From NCBI GenBank assembly GCA_016699955.1, contig CP064993.1:900001-932000 (forward strand): a DNA stretch of 32,000 nucleotides. The letters are read 5' to 3'. The notes beneath the pieces were generated by a model. It saw only the letters and a list, made by a program, of their open reading frames with translations. It searched no databases and had not been told where the DNA came from. Shown here piece after piece: positions 26,259 to 32,000 of the stretch; the first letter of the stretch is position 1; every line of letters starts with the position of its first letter. The position numbers and the translations under genes were made by a program. This DNA comes from Candidatus Saccharimonadota bacterium (GTDB lineage Bacteria > Patescibacteriota > Saccharimonadia > Saccharimonadales > UBA4665).

Positions 26259-27431
26259 TTACTGCCCAGTAACTTTAGCAAACTTTTCAACCAGACGGCG
26301 GATGTCGTCTTCAGTGTGCGCGGCGCTGATTTGGACGCGAATACGCGCTTTGCCCTTCGGCACTACCGGGAAACTAAATCCGACAACATAAATCCCCTCT
26401 TCAAAAAGCTTTGCGGCTGTTTCGACGGCATCTTTTTCTTCTGCAAACATCACGGGTGTAATAGGGTGCTCACTGCCTGCGACATTGAAACCAGCTTTTG
26501 TCATAAGTTCGCGGAACAGCGAGGTGTTATCTTTGAGTTTTTTGACGAGCTCTGGGTGGTTCTGGATGTAGTCGAGTGTATAGAGCGATGCTCCGCAAGT
26601 ACCGACTTCCATGGCATTACTAAAAAGGTAGGTGCGTGACCGCTGCCGTAAGAAGTCCACAGCTTCTTTGTGGCTGGCAATAAAAGCGCCGCCGGCGCCG
26701 CCAAGAGCCTTACCGTATGTACCTGTGAGGAAGTCAATACGTCCCTGAGTGCCAGTAAACTCGGGTGTGCCTCGCCCTGTTGCGCCGAGAACACCAGTTG
26801 CATGGGCATCATCCACCATGACAAGTGCGCCGTATTTGTCTGCAAGGTCGCAAATGTCTTTCAGCGGGGCAATGTGGCCATCCATAGAAAACACGCCGTC
26901 AGTTGCAATGACTTTCAGGCGTTTGTCTTTGACGCTTTCGAGCTTGGTTTCAAGATCAGCCATGTCCATATGGGTATAAATAAGGCGTTCTGACTTGGTA
27001 AGCCGAACAGCATCAATAATGCTCGCGTGGTTTAGCTCGTCACTGATAATGGCATCTTCTGGACCAAAAAATGTTTGAAAAAGACCAACATTCGCCATAA
27101 AACAAGACGAGTACAAAATTGCGTCATCCGTACCGAGAAACTTAGCGGTGGCAGCTTCGAGCTCTTTGTGAATTCCTTGCGTGCCACAGATAAACCGCAC
27201 ACTTGCCTGACCAAAACCCCATTTTGCTAAAGCTGCGTCGGAAGCTTCACGGACACCGTCTGTACCGGAAAACCCAAGATAATTATTGGAGCAAAAGTTT
27301 AGGAGTTTTTTGTCGCCGACCGTGATTTCACGGCCTTGTGGTGACATAATGACGCGTTCTTCTTTCCATAATGATTGGTCTTTGATACTACGTAGTTCAG
27401 CGTCTAGGATTGGTTTTAGATCTGTGTACAT
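26259..27431 (-). CDS. kbl: Glycine C-acetyltransferase (2-amino-3-ketobutyrate CoA ligase)
   Basis: Alpha-oxoamine synthase family: VDDAHATG and the PLP-lysine region TGTYGKALGG. It lies directly downstream of a tdh-like gene (4-nt gap). Confidence 0.85.
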   Translation of the reverse strand: MYTDLKPILDAELRSIKDQSLWKEERVIMSPQGREITVGDKKLLNFCSNNYLGFSGTDGVREASDAALAKWGFGQASVRFICGTQGIHKELEAATAKFLGTDDAILYSSCFMANVGLFQTFFGPEDAIISDELNHASIIDAVRLTKSERLIYTHMDMADLETKLESVKDKRLKVIATDGVFSMDGHIAPLKDICDLADKYGALVMVDDAHATGVLGATGRGTPEFTGTQGRIDFLTGTYGKALGGAGGAFIASHKEAVDFLRQRSRTYLFSNAMEVGTCGASLYTLDYIQNHPELVKKLKDNTSLFRELMTKAGFNVAGSEHPITPVMFAEEKDAVETAAKLFEEGIYVVGFSFPVVPKGKARIRVQISAAHTEDDIRRLVEKFAKVTGQ

Positions 27432-27435
27432 TGGC

Positions 27436-28626
27436 TTAAGCCTCCATGTTAAAGATAAGTTTCGGATGTTCGTTCATTTTCTGTTCAAATATGGCAGGGT
27501 CAAACTGACTCAGGTTTACGATGGTATTTTCGCCGTTGTTTAGGATGATTTTCCATACTTTTTCTTGTATGCCATTGCTTTCTTGCGACAAAACGCGCTG
27601 AGATAACTGCCACGTGTTAAAGATTTCACGCCCAATAATACAATGCAACGTCAAGCCTGCGACGATGAGACGGGGGAAATGAGGTATGGTTAAATCGCCA
27701 TCTTTTACACCAAAAAGTACGACGTGGCCGCCGCGGCGGGTACAGTCTATGGCGTTATTGACGCTACTGGCCGGGCCAGCCATTTCCATGCTAACATCGA
27801 CACCTTTGCCGTAAGTAATTTCCTTTATGCGGTCGATGACATTTGGGTCGCATTGCCACGGCTGAGCTTTTTCGCTCGGTTCAATGAGAATGGTTTCGTC
27901 GGCGCCGCACTGTCGAGCAAGTTCGAGGTTAGTGCTACTAACATCAACCGCAATTACTTTGGCTGCACCAAACTTTTGGGCTATAAGCACACTGAAAAGG
28001 CCGATAGGCCCAGCGCCAAAAATGGCAACGCGCTGTCCGCGAACGTCTACTTTACTGAGTGCGTGAATGGCATTGCCAAAAGGATCCATAATGGCCGCTA
28101 CTTCTGGGCGGATGCGATTTTTGTCTATTGCCCAGAGGTTTTTTGCTGGCAGTTTGACATATTCTGCAAAAATTCCGTCTATGGTAATGCCAAGAATGGC
28201 TTCGTTCATGCAAACATTTGCTTCGCCTACTCGGCATTGGTAGCATTTGCCACAGGTAACATGGCTATCGCCCGAAACTAAACTGCCGACTTCAATTTTT
28301 GCAATATTTTTTGGATCTGGATCCCAATACAGAGAATTAACTTTAGAACCGGCTTCGACAACTTCGCCTAGGAACTCGTGACCAACAACACGTTGCTTCT
28401 TACTGTCTCGCTCTAATGCACTGAGAAACTGGTCTTTAAACGCGTTTCGATACCATAAACCTCGGTCTGAACCGCAAACTCCGGCGTACTTTATGCGGAC
28501 AATAACCGAACTGGCATCGTCCGGAAAAAGTGCCTCGTCAAGACGAGGTTTATCCAGTTGTGCTAACGAAAAGCCACGGGACTCGTCCCATGTTTGCTGT
28601 GCTGTATCTATAACTAATCCACGCAT
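27436..28626 (-). CDS. tdh: L-threonine 3-dehydrogenase-like zinc-dependent (MDR) dehydrogenase
   Basis: Catalytic Zn motif GVCGSD...GHEFLGEV, structural Zn cluster CGKCYQCRVGEANVC and Rossmann IFGAGPIG. I prefer ATG at 28626 (MRGLVID, preceded by GGGAGA) to the ORF-track ATG at 28644, which has no SD. Confidence 0.8.
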   Translation of the reverse strand: MRGLVIDTAQQTWDESRGFSLAQLDKPRLDEALFPDDASSVIVRIKYAGVCGSDRGLWYRNAFKDQFLSALERDSKKQRVVGHEFLGEVVEAGSKVNSLYWDPDPKNIAKIEVGSLVSGDSHVTCGKCYQCRVGEANVCMNEAILGITIDGIFAEYVKLPAKNLWAIDKNRIRPEVAAIMDPFGNAIHALSKVDVRGQRVAIFGAGPIGLFSVLIAQKFGAAKVIAVDVSSTNLELARQCGADETILIEPSEKAQPWQCDPNVIDRIKEITYGKGVDVSMEMAGPASSVNNAIDCTRRGGHVVLFGVKDGDLTIPHFPRLIVAGLTLHCIIGREIFNTWQLSQRVLSQESNGIQEKVWKIILNNGENTIVNLSQFDPAIFEQKMNEHPKLIFNMEA

Positions 28627-28660
28627 CGTACTAGTTTCTCCCATTGACGCTTATATCTCT

Positions 28661-28688
28661 AGTATACGCGGTGTCATGGGTTTGTCAC
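28661..28688 (-). promoter_or_regulatory. Candidate internal promoter in the ilvA-tdh spacer
   Basis: Minus strand has GTGACA (28688-28683), a 16-nt spacer and TATACT (28666-28661). Confidence 0.35.
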
Positions 28689-28695
28689 CAGTCGG

Positions 28696-30201
28696 TCATG
28701 AAAATAGTAGTAAACCAGGGTTGTTACCAGCACGGGTATATTCAAAACCGGTAGCGTCGAGCCGCTCTTCGAGATTTTTCTGGTCAGTCGTTTCAAATCC
28801 TATCAAGACACGACCAATATCGCTGGCGGTTGAGCGGTAGTGGAAAAGTGTCACGTTCCACTGCGTGCCGACGGTGTGAAGAAATTCTCCAAGCGCTCCC
28901 GGCCTTTCTGGGAATTCGACGTGGTATAACATTTCAGCATTGTGGCCTGGTCCTGGACCGCCAATCATGTGGCGAACGTGCTCTTTGGCAATTTCGTCGT
29001 TAGAAAGATCAACATGGTCAAAGCCCTTGGTTTTCATTTGCGCCAGGAGTTTTGCTTTGTCGTCGGCGTCTTTGACAGATATACCGGCTAGAACATGAGC
29101 TACATTGCGCTCCCTGAAGCGGTAAGAAAACTCCGTAATGCTGCGCCGACCGACGATTTTATCGCAGAACTCAAGAAATGCTCCGGGTCGTTCGGGTAAG
29201 GTGACCGCAATCAGCGCTTCTCGGCCAGAACCAATCAGGGTTCGTTCAGCTATTTGCTGGAGTCGTTCAAAGCTAACATTTGCTCCTGAACAGATGGCGA
29301 CAGCGTGTGCTTCAGATGGTAATGGATAAGTTTTTAGCCCTGCGAGCGCTAGCGCCCCCGATGGTTCCAAAATGGTACGTGCTGCTTCATATGAATCGTT
29401 AATTGCCGAGCATATTTGATCGGTGGTGACCGTAATACAACTGTCAACCAGCCGCTGGGCGGCAGCAAATGTATGTTCTCCAACCTGTTTTACGGCAACA
29501 CCGTCGGCAAAAATACCGACGTGTTTTAACGTGACGCGTTCGCCTTTGGCTAGACTTTTTGTCATAGCAGCGCTGTCGACCGGCTCGACGCCAATTATCA
29601 TTACGTCTGGGCGTACTGCTTTGACATAGTGGGCAATACCGGCAATCAGTCCTCCGCCACCCACCGGCACAAAAATATGAGTTACATCGGGGAGTTGTTC
29701 AATAATTTCCTGTCCAATTGTGCCTTGTCCGGCAATGACTAACGGGTCGTCAAAAGGATGAATAAATACTCGCTTTGTCTGTTTGACAAGTCTCGCACAT
29801 TCCTCGGCCGCCTCGCTGTAGTTGTCGCCAATAAGCACAAGCTCTGCGCCGTATGCTTTGACGGCGTCTATTTTTATGGCTGGAGTTGTACGTGGCATAA
29901 CGATGAGCGCGGAAATACCAAGTTTCTGGGCGGCGAGTGCAACCCCTTGAGCGTGATTGCCGGCGCTGGCGGCAATAACACCACACTGTTTTTCTGCTTC
30001 GCTTAGCCGGCATATTTTGTTATACGCACCTCGGAGTTTGAAACTGTGCACTGGTTGCATATCTTCTCGCTTGAGATAAACGTGTGCGCCGAGCTGCCTG
30101 CTCAGTTTTTGGGCTTTCTCGAGCGGAGTTTTTTGGGCGACATCGTACACGCGAGATGTCAGTACCTCGCGGACGATATCGTTGATAGTTGTTGGGCTCA
30201 C
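28696..30201 (-). CDS. ilvA: Threonine ammonia-lyase, long (biosynthetic-type) form with C-terminal regulatory domains
   Basis: PLP lysine motif HSFKLRGA and glycine loop VGGGGLIAG. The ~500-aa length includes two ACT-like C-terminal repeats. Confidence 0.9.
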   Translation of the reverse strand: MSPTTINDIVREVLTSRVYDVAQKTPLEKAQKLSRQLGAHVYLKREDMQPVHSFKLRGAYNKICRLSEAEKQCGVIAASAGNHAQGVALAAQKLGISALIVMPRTTPAIKIDAVKAYGAELVLIGDNYSEAAEECARLVKQTKRVFIHPFDDPLVIAGQGTIGQEIIEQLPDVTHIFVPVGGGGLIAGIAHYVKAVRPDVMIIGVEPVDSAAMTKSLAKGERVTLKHVGIFADGVAVKQVGEHTFAAAQRLVDSCITVTTDQICSAINDSYEAARTILEPSGALALAGLKTYPLPSEAHAVAICSGANVSFERLQQIAERTLIGSGREALIAVTLPERPGAFLEFCDKIVGRRSITEFSYRFRERNVAHVLAGISVKDADDKAKLLAQMKTKGFDHVDLSNDEIAKEHVRHMIGGPGPGHNAEMLYHVEFPERPGALGEFLHTVGTQWNVTLFHYRSTASDIGRVLIGFETTDQKNLEERLDATGFEYTRAGNNPGLLLFS

Positions 30202-30566
30202 TTTGACTCCCGAAGGAGCGCAACGGCTTCAATTTCTACAAGTAGCGGATGGTCGGCTACGCGTGGTAACTGCGCAACGGCAACACAAGTGCGCGCGGGT
30301 GCGGTTCCTGCAGCCTCAAACACAGCGGCGTATACCTCATTCATAGCGGCGTAGTGCCCCATGTCTATCAAGAAAACGGTCGTTTTTACGACACAGTCAA
30401 GCCCACTTCCGGCCTCATCTAGCACGCTCGCAAGGTTTTCAAGCGCTTGTTTAACTTGGGGTGTGATGTCTGCTTCGGCCTTCCCCTTCACCGCCCCAAC
30501 CTGGCCAGATGTGTACACAAAACCGTTGGCCACCCTAGCAGGACTATACGGCCCATAAGTTTTCAT
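30198..30566 (-). CDS. ridA: RidA/YjgF-family reactive enamine/imine deaminase
   Basis: 122 aa. C-terminal PARTCVAVAQLPR...VEIEAVA is typical of the family. There is a 4-nt overlap with the ilvA start. SD AGGAG lies upstream. Confidence 0.85.
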   Translation of the reverse strand: MKTYGPYSPARVANGFVYTSGQVGAVKGKAEADITPQVKQALENLASVLDEAGSGLDCVVKTTVFLIDMGHYAAMNEVYAAVFEAAGTAPARTCVAVAQLPRVADHPLLVEIEAVALLRESK

Positions 30567-30900
30567 AAGTTAATTTCTCCTGTATTTACTTTGGTTGCAT
30601 GTGGTGGCTCAACAACATATCCAGTGAAGCATAGGCCAGCGTCTCTACCTATCTGTCTTCTTCTTTCTACTTCAGCAAATTGTTCCGCACGTCCACGACG
30701 ACTGGCGCCACGACGGTACATAGAATCAAGGGCATTTGTAACAGAAAAAGCATATTCTTCAGTTTTTCTAGTTTGATTGGGTTTATTTTTCCATCATCCA
30801 GGAAGGCTTCCCATGCTCTTTGCCGTGTTGCTGTTGCGGATTGTGCTATGCTTATTTGTTCTCTCGTACCATATTTTCCTGCGTAGTTTCTTTTAGCCAC
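30563..30900 (-). pseudogene. Small hypothetical gene (~112 aa if repaired), broken by a 1-nt frame change at an A5 run
   Basis: GTG at 30900 opens VAKRNYAGKYGTREQ...KLEKLK. At the A5 run (30763-30767) the protein-like reading continues in the -1 frame (EEYAFSVTNALDSMYRRGASRRGRAEQFAEVERRRQIGRDAGLCFTGYVVEPPHATKVNTGEINL). That frame ends in a TGA overlapping the ridA ATG (ATGA). The 0-frame instead runs to a stop at 30667. Confidence 0.35.
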
Positions 30901-31067
30901 TATACTACTACCTCGACGCAAGCTTTCATAACATCAGTAGTGATTCTTTGTCCGGTGTCTCCTTGTAAACGAATAGAATCTTGAACATCAGGACGGCCTG
31001 GATAACAGGCAGCATGTCTTTCAGGGTCTTCTAAAAAGGGAAAGCTATTCCATGTATTATTATTCAT
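30900..31067 (-). CDS. Unannotated 55-aa ORF (below the ORF-track cutoff)
   Basis: ATG at 31067, with AGGAT 9 nt upstream: MNNNTWNSFPFLEDPERHAACYPGRPDVQDSIRLQGDTGQRITTDVMKACVEVVV. Its TAG stop shares its G with the GTG of the next ORF (TAGTG). No family recognised. Confidence 0.35.
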   Translation of the reverse strand: MNNNTWNSFPFLEDPERHAACYPGRPDVQDSIRLQGDTGQRITTDVMKACVEVVV

Positions 31068-31097
31068 ATTAATTATCCTATCTATATTCTTAAATTA

Positions 31098-31121
31098 TTA
31101 AAAAAGGCTTCGGTTGAAGCC
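31098..31121 (-). terminator. Intrinsic terminator (hairpin usable in both directions)
   Basis: Minus strand reads GGCTTC AACC GAAGCC followed by TTTTTTAATAATTT (stem 31116-31121 / 31106-31111, U-run 31100-31105). On the plus strand the same hairpin is followed by ATTTTGGGTTT. Confidence 0.6.
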
Positions 31122-31149
31122 ATTTTGGGTTTCGGACTGTGCTGACGAG

Positions 31150-31236
31150 TTATGTTCTCGAGGCTTCAACCATGCTGAAGCACAGCCCGTTAAGGCCGAG
31201 AATAATTATTAGCTGTTGCTTCAAAGTTGATGACAT
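31150..31236 (-). CDS. Candidate 28-aa leader peptide MSSTLKQQLIIILGLNGLCFSMVEASRT
   Basis: An ATG at the predicted transcription start opens an ORF that runs through the alternative-pairing segments and stops 29 nt before the terminator stem. It has three consecutive Ile codons at 31209-31201. Confidence 0.3.
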   Translation of the reverse strand: MSSTLKQQLIIILGLNGLCFSMVEASRT

Positions 31237-31243
31237 GTTGGTT

Positions 31244-31272
31244 ATACTAACTTTCGTTTGCTGCTTTGTCAA
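31244..31272 (-). promoter_or_regulatory. Sigma70-type promoter: TTGACA, 17-nt spacer, TAGTAT
   Basis: Minus strand has TTGACA at 31272-31267, an exactly 17-nt spacer and TAGTAT at 31249-31244. The ATG at 31236 lies 7 nt downstream. The -35 overlaps the stop codon of the upstream ORF. Confidence 0.4.
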
Positions 31273-31962
31273 CCTTTTTTTCGGCTCAGTCCAGGCATAC
31301 ATGTAAATACTAGTGGTGGGTCGTACGAGCTAAGCCAACCTAATTCTTGCATATACTGTGGGTTTGATACTAACGGGACTTGTAGTTCCGTTTCGTTAGC
31401 AGTTATCCATGGGAGTGATGTATTCGTTACCATAGGTTGTGCGTACGCCTGTATCCCCATTGCACCTAATCCTTGTTGAAGCATAAACATCCTTTCGACA
31501 TCGCTTGCATCTGGAGTTAAGATATTTATTACATGCGAACGTCGGCCCCGGGGGGGGGGGGGGGGGGGGGGGTGGGGGGGTGGGGGGTGGGGGGGGGGGT
31601 GGGGGGGGGGGGGGGGGGGGGCGGGGGGAGGCAAAACGAACTGATGAACCGATGATCCTCGAACCCATTAACCTTTCAGCGCTAATACCCATAAATGCCC
31701 TGTATAGGGCAGGATGCCGAAATTCGACGCTGTTATTTTCATCTGGCGCTGGCGCTTTAACGTGGGGGATTTTCAGCTCTAAAAGTATTGCGGCCAGTAT
31801 CTCCAGCGCCTGTATGTCACTCGGAATAATTTCCTTTCGAGCCATGTGTACGGCTCTGCGCTGCCAAGCAATGATATTTCCGATTTTTTTAACGTCGTAT
31901 TTTAGTCGTTCAAGCTGTATGCTTTCGACGATATCGCTAAAGTTACGTTTTCCAACAGCCAA
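31269..31962 (-). pseudogene. Hypothetical two-part gene whose halves are out of frame across a poly-C (poly-Pro) tract
   Basis: ORF 31396-31962 has a protein-like N-terminal part down to the tract, then Cys/Arg-rich out-of-frame-looking sequence. ORF 31269-31634 has a protein-like part after the tract (HVINILTPDASDVERMFMLQQGLGAMGIQ...). Removing 1 nt from the tract joins the two protein-like halves. Confidence 0.4.
31550..31631. repeat. 82-nt near-homopolymer G tract (76 G)
   Basis: Direct count: G23 T G7 T G6 T G11 T G21 C G6 A G2, immediately preceded by CCCC. Confidence 0.95.
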
Positions 31963-32000
31963 GCTAGGTTTCCCTAGTGATTAACTGATGTAAGAAAGTT

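Noticed and set aside
27724-28281. 185-aa + strand ORF inside tdh
   Set aside because: It is antisense to a dehydrogenase with all zinc and NAD motifs intact, so it is a shadow ORF.
31142-31149. CUGACGAG, resembling the CUGANGA core of a hammerhead ribozyme
   Set aside because: No matching GAAA core or cleavage-site triplet in the required arrangement on the same strand. The CGAAAC nearby is on the opposite strand.
31656-31666. GGGTTCGAGGA (minus strand), resembling a tRNA T-loop
   Set aside because: The flanking bases cannot form a T-stem, and no acceptor or anticodon arms can be drawn. It lies inside a protein-like ORF.
31505-31984. 159-aa + strand ORF containing a poly-glycine run
   Set aside because: The poly-Gly is simply the + strand reading of the G tract. 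The flanks read as low-complexity sequence, whereas the minus strand gives protein-like sequence on both sides.
1-32000. Scan for CRISPR arrays, IS/transposase or integrase genes, tRNA/rRNA genes, reverse transcriptases and toxin-antitoxin pairs
   Set aside because: I found no regularly spaced direct repeats, no recognisable transposase, integrase or RT motifs in any listed ORF, and no cloverleaf-compatible segments in the intergenic regions I read through.

Overview
This 32-kb window reads like a compact, small-genome bacterial chromosome segment. The gene content (DUF5652 protein, VKOR, many 4-nt gene overlaps) suggests a CPR/Patescibacteria, Saccharibacteria-like organism, but that is inference only. 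No rRNA, tRNA, CRISPR array, transposase or integrase was recognised.

**Layout**
- 1-12.4 kb, mostly + strand:
  - the 3' end of an ftsK-like gene;
  - an accessory pair of stand-alone P-loop ATPases (AAA+/DUF4143 and DUF499/BrxC-like);
  - envelope genes: VKOR, DUF5652, cytidylyltransferase, CapA, a VanY/M15 peptidase, an alpha/beta hydrolase, two GT4 glycosyltransferases and an AI-2E transporter.
- 12.4-30.6 kb, almost all - strand:
  - cysS and a DHH phosphoesterase;
  - recR-ybaB, a GT-C-like membrane protein, dnaB and dnaX;
  - an EamA transporter and a hypothetical gene;
  - rplL-rplJ and an AT-rich orphan gene;
  - a tightly packed GNAT-glmM-kbl-tdh-ilvA-ridA block.
- 30.6-32.0 kb: AT-richer and odd, with small unannotated ORFs, a structured promoter/terminator element and an 82-nt near-homopolymer G tract that splits a reading frame.

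**Main leads**
1. The DUF4143 + DUF499 ATPase pair.
2. An A7 recoding signature in dnaX.
3. A leader-peptide (Ile-Ile-Ile) terminator/antiterminator candidate upstream of the ridA-ilvA block.
4. The poly-G tract, which is either an artefact or a hypermutable poly-proline linker.
5. The threonine to acetyl-CoA to amino-sugar gene coupling.
6. The AT-rich orphan gene sitting where rplKA normally lies.

All family assignments come from motif recognition by eye. No searches or folding calculations were run.
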